From positions 224,001 to 288,000 of the forward strand of contig CAWEXO010000014.1 of NCBI GenBank assembly GCA_963813025.1: DNA of 64,000 nucleotides, read 5' to 3'. Position 1 is the first letter of the stretch, and every line of letters starts with the position of its first letter. The notes under the pieces were generated by a model. It was given only the letters and a program-made list of their open reading frames with translations. It made no database searches and was not told the DNA's origin. Below are positions 1 to 9,724 of this stretch, piece by piece. The stretch comes from an uncultured Verrucomicrobiae bacterium (lineage in GTDB: Bacteria > Verrucomicrobiota > Verrucomicrobiia > Chthoniobacterales > JAFAMB01). A program made the translations under genes and the position numbers.

Positions 1-191
1 GCGATCAGCCAGGCGATCACTGGACCCTTGTCGAGATAACAAATATCGAGTCGGCGGGACCATAACCAGTAGTATGCTTCGTCTCCGACCAATTCGAGGC
101 GGGTGCTGTACCACAGCTGGCAGAGGGTGAATCCTGAGATAGCGACGATTACCCAGAACAGATGAGAGCGAAGCAAGCCGGTTATTTTCAT
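1..191 (-). CDS. Glycosyltransferase family 39 / ArnT-PMT_2-like membrane protein, 5' part (runs off window)
   Basis: Manual translation from ATG at 191: MKITGLLRSHLFWVIVAISGFTLCQLWYSTRLELVGDEAYYWLWSRRLDICYLDKGPVIAWLI, carrying the DEAYYW...Y.DK/HPP-type GT-C motif. Confidence 0.8.
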   Translation of the reverse strand, partial: MKITGLLRSHLFWVIVAISGFTLCQLWYSTRLELVGDEAYYWLWSRRLDICYLDKGPVIAWLI

Positions 192-207
192 TCAACGATC
201 AGATGAC

Positions 208-1416
208 TCACGGCACACGTGGCGCGCCTTTCCCTCGCGCGACCCAAGCAAAGACAAAGATTGTTAGCGACAACGCGGCAATTGGCTGAAGTGCATGCAG
301 CTCGAGATCGCGTCGAATGGCTGGAACCCAGGCATTGAGCGCTTCCGATCCGACAAAGAGAAGGTAGGTCGCCAGAAACCAAATGCCGAAAACCATCGAT
401 CCGCGTTCCGACCGCTGAATCGCTTCCCAAGTCGCCGCACCGGCAAAGGCAAGGACTGGAGCGAGGAAAACGTAAGTAGCCAACTCCGTCGATGGGCCAA
501 ACAGAATGATCCAAAGACAACCCAGAGCAAAAGCAGTCCACACTAATTTTCGGGTCTCCCAGCGAGCTACTTGACGCGCCCACCAACAGAAAGCGGCAAG
601 ACCGACGCCGGCCATAACCTGCAACCCGGCGTAAACCGGTGTCGTGATCGGCAACCGCACAATCCGCAGTAATAACCAAAAATCCCGCCATGTGCCGAGA
701 TCACCGAAAACCCGGCGCTGATCTGCGCGCAGGCAGTGCACCCAGGCATGATACTGTTGCAGGACATACGCCGGTTGCTGCAGGACCAGCGACAGCAGCC
801 ATAGGCCAAGAAGCGCGAGCAATAATCTCGGACCGAATTGCCAGGGGTAGATCACCACCAGCAACAACCCGATCGCTAGCGGATAAATTTTAAAGAAAGC
901 GGCCAAGGCCATAAGCAGCGCACCAAGGGTCCACCTACGGTTTTCGACCGCGAGACAGGTGCCGAGAAGGAGTCCGATCACCAGTAAACTGGCCTGCCCA
1001 TTATTGAGGTTGCCGAGCGACATAGGCAGGAGCAAAAGCATCGCAACCGGAAATCCTGAGGTCAGGTCTCTGCCAAAGTGCCGGAACCAAAGGACAAAGG
1101 TGCAAAGGTACACGCCAAGCGTAATAAGCCGCCACAGGGCTCCCCCGATGGATTCCGGCAGAATCGCGAAGGGCGCGAAGATTGCGGCAGCCAGCGGGCT
1201 GTAAAGATATTTCCCAACGTGTGCATAAAGATCAGTGCGAGCGAGCCAGGACGTCCCCGCGTCCCGGAAGACGCTGAAAACGCTATTTCGCTGAGGGGCG
1301 GCCATCGCTCGTCCGAGCACGGCGACAACCGCGACGATCCAAAGCGCCCAGACGATTGTCCCCCGGCGGTCCGCTGTCCAGCGGGGCTTGGGAGAAGCAT
1401 AGGCAATGGTGTGCAT
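208..1416 (-). CDS. Glycosyltransferase family 87 (DUF2029) membrane protein
   Basis: Multi-TM ORF with YLYSP, NNGQ and KIYP motifs; start placed at MHTIAY. Confidence 0.8.
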   Translation of the reverse strand: MHTIAYASPKPRWTADRRGTIVWALWIVAVVAVLGRAMAAPQRNSVFSVFRDAGTSWLARTDLYAHVGKYLYSPLAAAIFAPFAILPESIGGALWRLITLGVYLCTFVLWFRHFGRDLTSGFPVAMLLLLPMSLGNLNNGQASLLVIGLLLGTCLAVENRRWTLGALLMALAAFFKIYPLAIGLLLVVIYPWQFGPRLLLALLGLWLLSLVLQQPAYVLQQYHAWVHCLRADQRRVFGDLGTWRDFWLLLRIVRLPITTPVYAGLQVMAGVGLAAFCWWARQVARWETRKLVWTAFALGCLWIILFGPSTELATYVFLAPVLAFAGAATWEAIQRSERGSMVFGIWFLATYLLFVGSEALNAWVPAIRRDLELHALQPIAALSLTIFVFAWVARGKGAPRVP

Positions 1417-1522
1417 GAAATCTGACCGGCAACCGGAAAAGGAAGCCGGGTAAGAGCCGTAAGAGTTGGACCATAGATGACTCGCGCCTGAAAACAACTT
1501 TTTCCCGGCGGCGGTCCGGGAA

Positions 1523-1550
1523 AGCAGGAGCTAGATTTCTAGCTCCTGCT
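1523..1550. promoter_or_regulatory. Perfect 12-bp inverted repeat between divergent genes (possible operator or hairpin)
   Basis: AGCAGGAGCTAG-ATTT-CTAGCTCCTGCT. Confidence 0.45.
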
Positions 1551-1585
1551 GCTTGCGAGGCGCGGGCAGGCTGCGAGACTTTCCG

Positions 1586-3058
1586 ATGCTGATGTCGCGG
1601 CCCTCCATCATCTCCGAAGATGACAAGCGAAAAATCATTATCGGTGTTCTCATCGCGATGTTCCTGGCCGCTTTGGATCAGACAATCGTTGCTCCCGCGT
1701 TGCCAACCATCGGGGCGAGCCTCGGCAATCTCGAATACCTGCCGTGGATTATTACTGCGTACCTGCTTACCGCGACCGCGGTGACGCCGCTCTACGGTAA
1801 ACTCGCCGATGTTCGCGGGCGCCAAGCTATTCTTTTTAGTGCTATCGGGCTCTTCATGGCCGGATCTCTGGTTTGCGCGATCTCGCCGAGTCTGCTGGTC
1901 CTGATCGGGGGGAGGGTTCTCCAAGGATTAGGCGGGGGCGGCCTGATGGCGCTGGCGCAAATCGTTATCGGCGACCTTGTGCCGCCTCGAGAACGCGGCC
2001 GTTACCAGGGCTATATCGCGACGGTCTGGGTTGCGGCGAGCATTGCGGGACCCGTATTTGGCGGCTTCTTTGCAGAGCATCTGCACTGGTCAGTGATCTT
2101 CTGGATTAATCTTCCGCTCGGTGGCTTTGCCATCGGGATGACGAGTAAGCCCTTGCGGCGATTGCCGCTCGAGATTCGTTCTCACCAGTTCGATTTACTC
2201 GGCTCCGGCCTTATCATACTGGCCACGACTGCACTGATGCTGAGTCTGACCTGGGGTGGCGCGCGGTTTGCCTGGAATTCGGCGGTGATCTTCGGGCTGC
2301 TGACCTTGGCCCTGGCGACTGGGCTGGTCTTCGTTCTGCATCTGACGCGCGTCGCTGAGCCGCTTCTGCCCTTGGCAGTCCTGCAAAATTCCGTCGTGGC
2401 GGCCGCCACGCTGTCGGTGTTCTTTGCCATGGCGGCGTACATCGGGGTCTCGGCTTACCTGCCTGCTTTCTTTCAGAGCGCACTTGGCCGTGAGCCGGCG
2501 GAAGCGGGGTTCTGGTTAGTTCCGATGATGATTGGTACGGTCACTGGAGCAACCCTGACCGGAAGGCTGATGGTGAGGCTCGACCGATACAAATTCATGG
2601 GTTTGATCGGGCTAAGTATCAGTGGCGTTGCATTTTTCGTGCTCTCGTTTTTCGCCGCGAAGCCAAGTTTATTACTGATCGAACCGCTGCTGACGCTGGC
2701 TGGTCTGGGACTCGGTTCTCTTTTTCCGATCGCCACTACCTGTGTGCAGAATGCGGTGGACCTGGAGCATCTCGGCGTGGCCACTGGTGCGCTGAACTTC
2801 CTGAGGCAGCTCGGGAGTGCAATCGGGGTGTCGGTCTTAGGCGCGGTTTGCTTGCACGGCGCCGCACCCGTCGCTGGCACAGCGGCCCCGGGAAGCATCG
2901 AATCGTTGGCCCATCTGAAGCACTCCTTCGGCTGGGTGTTCCTGGCATGTGCACTTTTGATCGGTGTTGCGCTTGCCAGCTTCAGTCTGATGAAGGAATT
3001 GCCCTTGCAAACAACCCGTCAGCGCAGCCAGTCGCGCGCTCGAGTTATCGCCGAGTGA
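1586..3058 (+). CDS. MFS drug:H+ antiporter (DHA2, EmrB/QacA-like, 14 TMS)
   Basis: LAALDQTIV, GKLADVRGR, GRVLQGLGGGG and WSVIFWINLPLG motifs. Confidence 0.92.
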   Translation: MLMSRPSIISEDDKRKIIIGVLIAMFLAALDQTIVAPALPTIGASLGNLEYLPWIITAYLLTATAVTPLYGKLADVRGRQAILFSAIGLFMAGSLVCAISPSLLVLIGGRVLQGLGGGGLMALAQIVIGDLVPPRERGRYQGYIATVWVAASIAGPVFGGFFAEHLHWSVIFWINLPLGGFAIGMTSKPLRRLPLEIRSHQFDLLGSGLIILATTALMLSLTWGGARFAWNSAVIFGLLTLALATGLVFVLHLTRVAEPLLPLAVLQNSVVAAATLSVFFAMAAYIGVSAYLPAFFQSALGREPAEAGFWLVPMMIGTVTGATLTGRLMVRLDRYKFMGLIGLSISGVAFFVLSFFAAKPSLLLIEPLLTLAGLGLGSLFPIATTCVQNAVDLEHLGVATGALNFLRQLGSAIGVSVLGAVCLHGAAPVAGTAAPGSIESLAHLKHSFGWVFLACALLIGVALASFSLMKELPLQTTRQRSQSRARVIAE

Positions 3059-3136
3059 CGGGAAAATGGCAAAATTGCGGTTTATTCCACGGGTGGAGAT
3101 GATAGTATTTGCGTCTCGGGGAGGAGAACTGCAACC

Positions 3137-3661
3137 ATGGAGTATTCCGGTTTTATCCAGAGCATTTTAGGCGAAGCGAAGCTACCGCGATTCACTCCAA
3201 CAGATCCGCCTCCGCGACCAGAATTAATAAGGCAGATTGAAGCTGCTTCGGACACACAGTTTGGGCCAGTCAGCGCTACGTCCGCGGCGTGCCTGCGCAG
3301 TCTTTTGTTTGTGGCGGCCGGCGATCTCGATCGCGCGCACGTTCTCGTACAAGAGCTGACTTCGAGCAATGCATCGTACATCCATGGGATGATCCATCGG
3401 ATCGAGGGAGATTTCGGAAACGCCCGCTACTGGTTTCATCAGGCGCGAATCCATCCAACCGCTCCGGAGATGTATCGGCGAGCTTCGGCGAATAGTTTGA
3501 CGATCGCGAGTCATCCAGTCTGGGATCCCGATCGAGTGACCGACTTGGCGGAACGCGCGCGCCAGACCCGGCCGAGTGAGGAGCTGCGAGTGATCCTGAC
3601 CGTCGAGTTCGAAGTCCTGGTTGAGCATCTGTCCGATCCCCTGAACAACGAAGTACAATGA
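3137..3661 (+). CDS. Conserved hypothetical protein
   Basis: 174 aa ORF with RBS GAGGAG; HGMIHRIEGDFGNARYWF segment looks like a conserved family. Confidence 0.75.
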   Translation: MEYSGFIQSILGEAKLPRFTPTDPPPRPELIRQIEAASDTQFGPVSATSAACLRSLLFVAAGDLDRAHVLVQELTSSNASYIHGMIHRIEGDFGNARYWFHQARIHPTAPEMYRRASANSLTIASHPVWDPDRVTDLAERARQTRPSEELRVILTVEFEVLVEHLSDPLNNEVQ

Positions 3662-3878
3662 GCGGCGGGAGCGGGCAGAAAGCGGAGGGGAGCGGAGGGA
3701 GCGGCTTCAGCGGATGGAGTTAACGCGAGAGCGGTTGGAGACATGAACGGGGATACCCGCGGCCAGCCCTGATATCTTTTTTGCGATTGACTACTACCTC
3801 CCTCCGCTGAAGCCGCTCCCTCCGCTCCCCCCCGCTTTCTGCCCGCTCCCTCCGCTTTCTGCCCGCTCCCCCCGCTCA
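3659..3878. repeat. REPIN/MITE-like element with long imperfect inverted arms made of GGAGCGG units (family A)
   Basis: Left arm tgagcggcgggagcgggcagaaagcggaggggagcggagggagcggcttcagcgga is mirrored at about 3800-3878. Confidence 0.8.
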
Positions 3879-3944
3879 CTTAATCTTTCTTGCCATCGTT
3901 CCGGACCTCGTCAGAATGCCCGTGGCAGCTTCCTCACTCTCAGC

Positions 3945-4616
3945 ATGGAGCCGTCTGTTTTTCAGATCGATGCGCACCGGCGGTTTTTTGTCGCGTTGCT
4001 CGTCGCCGGAATCGTGTTTATTGGCTTACAGAGCCGCGTCCGGCTTTCCTTTCAGGCGGTGCTTTCCTGGAACGGGTTTGCATTGACCAGCATCGTTTTG
4101 GCGTGGCTGCGAATAGTATTCTCCGATGCTCGAACGGCCGTGCGCACCGCAAAACTCCAGGATACCGGAAGAACGATCCTTTTTTTGATCGTAATCGTCG
4201 GAGCGGTGGCCAGCCTGGTGGCCGTCATCATGTTGCTGAGTACCGCCAAAGGACTCAATCGGCGGGCGCTCTCCGGACACGTCGTTATCGCGTGTCTCAC
4301 CGTGCTTTTGTCATGGGTGTTCATACATACGATCTTTGCGCTGCACTACGCTCACGCTTACTACCGCGAGTGCGACGACGACCCCGACAGTGGCAACGGC
4401 ACGGGACTCGATTTCCCGGAGGAGGATTATCCTGATTATCTCGACTTCGCCTATTTCTCTTTTGTTATCGGGATGACATTCCAGGTATCGGACGTCGAGA
4501 TCACTTCCAGCCGTCTTCGCCGCATGGCGCTGATCCATGGTTTGCTATCCTTCGGATTCAATACCGTGATCCTCGCCTTAGCGATCAATATTGCCTCTGG
4601 TCTTTTCGGATCCTGA
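3945..4616 (+). CDS. DUF1345 membrane protein
   Basis: HTIFALHYAHAYY and PDYLDFAYFSFVIGMTFQVSDV motifs. Confidence 0.9.
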   Translation: MEPSVFQIDAHRRFFVALLVAGIVFIGLQSRVRLSFQAVLSWNGFALTSIVLAWLRIVFSDARTAVRTAKLQDTGRTILFLIVIVGAVASLVAVIMLLSTAKGLNRRALSGHVVIACLTVLLSWVFIHTIFALHYAHAYYRECDDDPDSGNGTGLDFPEEDYPDYLDFAYFSFVIGMTFQVSDVEITSSRLRRMALIHGLLSFGFNTVILALAINIASGLFGS

Positions 4617-4729
4617 GAGTGCCTGTGGCGGTTTTGCCGCTCAACTTCGTGTGGCAGCATCTGGGGCACCGAAGCGAACAGGTCCAACAGTAAACTTGAC
4701 GACGGTGCGGCTCCAGACTACGCGGTTGT

Positions 4730-5533
4730 ATGAAAGCTGCGCTCACCAGCCTTGCCATTTGTTGCTCTTTCGCCTCCGTTTATGGAGAGATCGTGACCAA
4801 GACGGTGGATTATCAACAGGGAGATACTCGGTTGCAGGGGTTTTTGGCCTATGATGACGCCAAGACCGCTGAGCACAAGTTGCCTGGGGTTGTGCTAATG
4901 CACGAGTGGTGGGGCCTGAATGACTTCATGCGCGGAAAGGCGATCGCGTTGGCCAAGCTCGGGTATGTCGCGTTTGCCGCTGATCTTTACGGAGGCGGTC
5001 AATCCACGACCGACCCCCAGAAAGCCAAAGAATTGTCCAGCCAGCTCTATGGCAAAGAGCTTTTGGCAGAGAGAGCTCGTGCCGGGTTGGATCAGCTGAT
5101 CAAGACGGGCTTGGCCGACGATTCAAAACTGGCCGCGATCGGCTTCTGCTTTGGTGGAGCAGCCACCCAGGTATTGGCCTACTCCGGCGCGCCCTTACGA
5201 GGAATTGTCAGTTTCCACGGCGCACTGGTTCCAGCGCCGGAAGGCGTGGATGGGCGGAGCAAACCGAAGTTTCTCATCATGGAAGGAGCGCTTGATCCCA
5301 ATCTGAAAAAGGAGACGGTTGACGCGTTTCTAAAATCGTTGAACGACGACAAATTCGACTACCAATACCTGAGCTACTCCGGGGCGGTTCATGCCTTCAT
5401 GAACCCGGACGCCGACAAAGCGGCGGCCGCCGGTCTCAAGGGCGTCGGCTACAATCCGAAAGTTGCGGAACGCGCCTGGAACCAGATGCAGCTCTTCTTC
5501 AAGGAGATCTTCGGCTCGACCCCGAGCGCCTGA
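4730..5533 (+). CDS. Dienelactone hydrolase family protein, exported
   Basis: Signal peptide; HEWWG, GFCFGG and HAF motifs. Confidence 0.92.
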   Translation: MKAALTSLAICCSFASVYGEIVTKTVDYQQGDTRLQGFLAYDDAKTAEHKLPGVVLMHEWWGLNDFMRGKAIALAKLGYVAFAADLYGGGQSTTDPQKAKELSSQLYGKELLAERARAGLDQLIKTGLADDSKLAAIGFCFGGAATQVLAYSGAPLRGIVSFHGALVPAPEGVDGRSKPKFLIMEGALDPNLKKETVDAFLKSLNDDKFDYQYLSYSGAVHAFMNPDADKAAAAGLKGVGYNPKVAERAWNQMQLFFKEIFGSTPSA

Positions 5534-5534
5534 G

Positions 5535-6095
5535 GTGCGGACCAAGGAGAAAGCCCCGCTGCAGAGGCAGAGAGTTCGGCGCGGAAGAGTCAGTGCGGTG
5601 GGCTGCATTTCACTCTGGCTGTTGGCAGCAGCACTGCTGGTCAGCTGCGGCGGAGGCGGGCACCGTCAAGCCAATGGCGGAGCGGCTGGGGTGGGTGCGC
5701 CCATAAGCGAGGACGCTCGTTTCGCGCTGTCCAAGGCAGATCTGCGCGCCGTAATCGACCAGGGTATCACCTATTTGCAGTGGCAGTTCGGTTTCAAGAC
5801 AAAACAACCGGTTCAATTGGAAAGCGTGCGCGTGGATGACGTTACTGGACCGGCTCCGGTCCTGCTGGTCAACGATCAAGCTCCGCAATTGAACGGGGGA
5901 GTGTGGTCAGCGACCAGCGGGGAGATTGATCCACGATCCGGCGCAAACTCGTGGTTATATGATTCGGCGGAGAGCGTGCGAACTTTTCGCTTTACGATCA
6001 CCAATTTGAATGGGCAGACCGATGTACTGGAACAAGTGAGCAGATTTTCGCCAGGTGCTAAAAGCGCTCTCCGTCAGCAATACCACATTAAGTAG
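5535..6095 (+). CDS. Hypothetical lipoprotein (start uncertain)
   Basis: Hydrophobic stretch followed by lipobox LLVS-C. Confidence 0.6.
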   Translation: MRTKEKAPLQRQRVRRGRVSAVGCISLWLLAAALLVSCGGGGHRQANGGAAGVGAPISEDARFALSKADLRAVIDQGITYLQWQFGFKTKQPVQLESVRVDDVTGPAPVLLVNDQAPQLNGGVWSATSGEIDPRSGANSWLYDSAESVRTFRFTITNLNGQTDVLEQVSRFSPGAKSALRQQYHIK

Positions 6096-6277
6096 TCCTT
6101 GAACGGCGAAGATTTATGGGGATGAATCAAGTTTTGTCAGACGCTCGCCTTTTCAAAATATCGCATTCTTCGCTTTTCAAGGACTCCCTACAGCGAGGCC
6201 GCTGGACCAGCGAGCGCCAGCGCCGAGCTTTATGCGCACCAGCCAATCTCCTCGCTTCTGAGGCGCGGCCTCACTAA

Positions 6278-6775
6278 ATGATGGCCAGCACCGAGCGAGG
6301 CGGGGATACGGTCGGGATTGTTCCTCGGGAGATGATGCTGCGGTATTCCGGGATGGAGCTGCTCAGTAAATTTATGCGCGGCGAGTTGCCGGGGCCGGCG
6401 ATGAGCGAGGTAATCCCGTTCCGTCTGGTCGAACTCGAGCAGGGGCAAGCGGTCCTTACCAGTGAGCCGAGCCAGCGATTCTATAACACCATGGGAATTT
6501 GTCACGGTGGTTATGCAATGACGCTGCTGGACACCTGTATGGGAGTGTCGATTTACAGCAGACTCGGTCCGGGCATCGGATACACTACCATCGAAACCAA
6601 AGTTAATTTTGTTCGGCCACTCACTCAGGCGACCGGGCTGATTCGAGCGATCGGAACGGCGATTCATGTCGGCCACCGGACCGGGACCGCGGATGGGCGA
6701 TTGTTAGACGCTTCGGGCAAGGTATATGCCCATGGAACAACAACCTGTTTTTTGTTTCCGTTGGAAGAGAGGTGA
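6278..6775 (+). CDS. PaaI-family hotdog thioesterase
   Basis: N..G.CHGG...LLD..MG and T.E.KVNFVRP motifs. Confidence 0.9.
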   Translation: MMASTERGGDTVGIVPREMMLRYSGMELLSKFMRGELPGPAMSEVIPFRLVELEQGQAVLTSEPSQRFYNTMGICHGGYAMTLLDTCMGVSIYSRLGPGIGYTTIETKVNFVRPLTQATGLIRAIGTAIHVGHRTGTADGRLLDASGKVYAHGTTTCFLFPLEER

Positions 6776-6779
6776 AGAA

Positions 6780-6964
6780 AGCGGTGGGAGCGGGCTCAGC
6801 GGAGGGAAGTAGCGATAGAGCGGCGGAAGATGGCAGTTCTTCTCACTTATGCACCAATCAGTTGATTGTCGTTTGTGCGCCAGAAACCCTTGGGTGACAG
6901 TTTCAAATTCTGAGCTGACAAGCTACTTCCCTCCGCTGAGCCCGCTCCCGCTGCTCCCACCGCT
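6780..6964. repeat. Second family-A inverted-repeat element between convergent genes
   Basis: gcggtgggagcgggctcagcggagggaagtagc (6781-6813) inverted against gctacttccctccgctgagcccgctccc (from 6922). Confidence 0.75.
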
Positions 6965-9610
6965 CGGATCACCTCCAGCCGCTTGGATCGCTCCCACCGC
7001 TGCAACGGCCCGCTGATCGATCCAGGCATCAATCGCCGGCAGTTGCTGCGCTCGGACCTGGCTTTTCGCCCGAATCAGATTTACGCAATCTTCCGCCGTT
7101 GCCATCGCATCCGCGCCACCGCTTTTGCTGACCAGATCAAGGAGTTCACCAGCATGTTCTTCGTCGGAAAAATTCCCGGCGATCGCAGACAGAAAATCGT
7201 TTCTTTCGGGAATGGATCGTGTTGCCAGAAGTTTTGATAAATGCGTTTTTACATAGGTCCAAACCAAATCGGCGTGCTCACCATTGGTAGCCACGTTCTT
7301 GAAAGCATCCCTGGCCACGGAAGCAGGCATTTCTCCGGTCTGAGCAATGGCGAGAGTGCGTTCCGCCAACCGAGGATCCAGCGCCACTTCAAGTGCTTCA
7401 TAGTACATCTTTTTCTGGGCCAGACTTTCTGCCTCTCGGGCCTTCTGGCGGAGTTGCTCGTAAATTGACTCCGAACTGTAGCGCCCAACGATCTGCAAAA
7501 CGGCTGGGTGCAAGTCAGGGGAAATCGGGTCTTTTTGGAAATCCTGGAAACGCCGGAAAGCCTCATCAATGACAGCTCGACTGCCAAAAAAACCCAGGCT
7601 CTTGATCAGCAGAGGACGAAGTTGCCGATCGTCGTCCGGTTCTCCACTCTTTTCAATCCAGGTGAGACGTTGCAGCGAGGGTTCGAGCAGATGCGAAACG
7701 TAGCTCTGAAAAGCTTCACGTTCAGGCTGGCCTTGCTCGAGCCGGTCCAGCCGGTCCAGCGATCTCAGGATTTCCTGCCAGACGGGGAAGCTGGTGACAT
7801 CGCGCAATTTATCAATTAGCTCGAAATAGGAACTGGGCGGACTGCGCAGGGAGAACAGCATGGCCGCTGAGTCGCCGACCAGGTTTAGTCGATCGGCTTC
7901 CGACAGTTGATCTACGTGTTTCAGAAGTTCAGCATAGAGTGCGGGCTCGTACCAGACCCGGAAGAAACCCACTCCACCAGCATTTCCTTTAATCGCACCT
8001 TCGTCATTGGTGAGTTCGAAGTTTGCCGAGATCTTTTCCAGCACCGCGTATTTCGCATTTCCGCCAGCCGTTGTCACAATACCGATCGGCAATGGCCAGA
8101 CAGCAGCCGTCGAATCTTCACGGTCGAGGGTAAACAGACCTTGCTCCAAACTGACAATCCGTTTGTCGCCGACCGGCTGCGCGGTCATTTTGACAAGCGG
8201 GAAACCGGGCTGCTGAACGTACCGAGAAGCCATTTCCTTAATCGATCGTCCGCTTGTTCTGTCCAGAGAATCCCATAGATCCGCCGATGTAGCGCTCGAA
8301 AATTTTCGGCTCTGTAGAAAGACGCGAACTCCGTCTCGAAAAGGGCCTTCCCCGAGGTATTTTTCGAGCATACGAAGGACTTGCCGGCCTTTGTCACGAG
8401 TCAGCTGATTGCTGGCGTCAGCTACATTTGCCGGGTTGACGGCATTGATCGGTTTCTCAATCGGTTGTGTGGTCTTGCGGGCGTCCGCGTCCATCGCCTC
8501 TTGTTTCTTTACCTCCGCCGTTAACCAGGGTTTCCACTCCGGATGAAATTTTTCGGCTGCCTTGGCCGCCATAAAGGAGGCAAAACTGTCATCCAACCAG
8601 AGATCGTTCCACGAGCCGATAGTTACCAGATCCTCAAGCCATTGTTGCACTACGCCTTTAGCGGTGGTGTCAAAGATCTCGCGGCGAGCCGGCGATGGGT
8701 CCTGCCCGGGATCGAAGAGCACCCGATTTTGGCTTTCAGCGATCGCACCCCAGCCGCTGGCGCCCGGCATACCGTCCGGCAAGGCAATCTCGTCCAGCTT
8801 TGACAAGGGATAAGCGACGCCGAAGTATTCGTTGTAGAACGGCAAGAGCTGTTGCAAAACATCGCTGGCGTAATGCGCGAAGTGCTTTTTTCCCTCGATC
8901 GTGAAAAGCCGCACCTGGACTCCGGCAGCGCTTTCCTCCAAACAGTCGAATCGACCGCAGAAGAATGTGACCAGGTAGCTGGCCATGGCAGGCGTTGGTT
9001 GAAAGCTTACAATCTTTTTCTGTCCGATGCGCTGCTCTACTTTGATCGGCATGTTCGAGATCGCCTGATTATCATAATCGGTCAGCACGCTGAGCTGGTA
9101 GGTTGCTCGGAAACCGGGCTCGTCCCAGCAGGGAAAAACCCGACGGGCGTCGGTTCCTTTCAGATGCGTCGCCAGCAGCGTTCGGTCGACTTGTCCGGCG
9201 CGATACTTCCAGAGAAACAATCCTCTGGCTTGTTGCTGGATCTGGCTCTTAAAAGTTAGCGACAATCGGTAAATACCGGGCTGAAGCGGTGTGCCGGTCT
9301 CAAAGATTACCTTCTCGTCCCGGGGCTGAAAAGCAGGTGACAACGTCTGCCGTAAGACGTTGTTCTCCAGCGTCACGTTCGCTATTTCGGTTTGCACCGC
9401 GTTCAAAACGATCTGGCTAACCGGTTGAAGCACCTCGATCTCGATCTGCTCTGTTCCCGCGATTGACAGATCAGCCGGATTCGGTTCCAGGAAAATCTGG
9501 TACGCGTGCGGTACGACTGATTTCGGAAGGGATGTGTTTCCCGCTTCCTGTTCCGACCAGGCCGGCTGCACGAAAGCCAGGAACGAGAGAAAAAACCAGA
9601 GTCGTAGCAT
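6923..9610 (-). CDS. M1-family aminopeptidase homologue (PepN/ERAP1-C architecture), exported, catalytic motifs degenerate
   Basis: DARRVFPCWDEP, TPAMASYLV, QPGFP and G.FRV.Y segments; signal peptide MLRLWFFLSFLAFVQPAWS. Confidence 0.85.
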   Translation of the reverse strand: MLRLWFFLSFLAFVQPAWSEQEAGNTSLPKSVVPHAYQIFLEPNPADLSIAGTEQIEIEVLQPVSQIVLNAVQTEIANVTLENNVLRQTLSPAFQPRDEKVIFETGTPLQPGIYRLSLTFKSQIQQQARGLFLWKYRAGQVDRTLLATHLKGTDARRVFPCWDEPGFRATYQLSVLTDYDNQAISNMPIKVEQRIGQKKIVSFQPTPAMASYLVTFFCGRFDCLEESAAGVQVRLFTIEGKKHFAHYASDVLQQLLPFYNEYFGVAYPLSKLDEIALPDGMPGASGWGAIAESQNRVLFDPGQDPSPARREIFDTTAKGVVQQWLEDLVTIGSWNDLWLDDSFASFMAAKAAEKFHPEWKPWLTAEVKKQEAMDADARKTTQPIEKPINAVNPANVADASNQLTRDKGRQVLRMLEKYLGEGPFRDGVRVFLQSRKFSSATSADLWDSLDRTSGRSIKEMASRYVQQPGFPLVKMTAQPVGDKRIVSLEQGLFTLDREDSTAAVWPLPIGIVTTAGGNAKYAVLEKISANFELTNDEGAIKGNAGGVGFFRVWYEPALYAELLKHVDQLSEADRLNLVGDSAAMLFSLRSPPSSYFELIDKLRDVTSFPVWQEILRSLDRLDRLEQGQPEREAFQSYVSHLLEPSLQRLTWIEKSGEPDDDRQLRPLLIKSLGFFGSRAVIDEAFRRFQDFQKDPISPDLHPAVLQIVGRYSSESIYEQLRQKAREAESLAQKKMYYEALEVALDPRLAERTLAIAQTGEMPASVARDAFKNVATNGEHADLVWTYVKTHLSKLLATRSIPERNDFLSAIAGNFSDEEHAGELLDLVSKSGGADAMATAEDCVNLIRAKSQVRAQQLPAIDAWIDQRAVAAVGAIQAAGGDPSGGSSGSGLSGGK

Positions 9611-9724
9611 GAGCGAAAGGCAGAATAGTGGCCATTTTCGCCGGCGGCCAACGGAAAACCATGTTGGCCTTGGCGGCATTTTCCTTGCGCAGTGCTTCGC
9701 GGTAGTCAATTCGTATGTCTCCCG

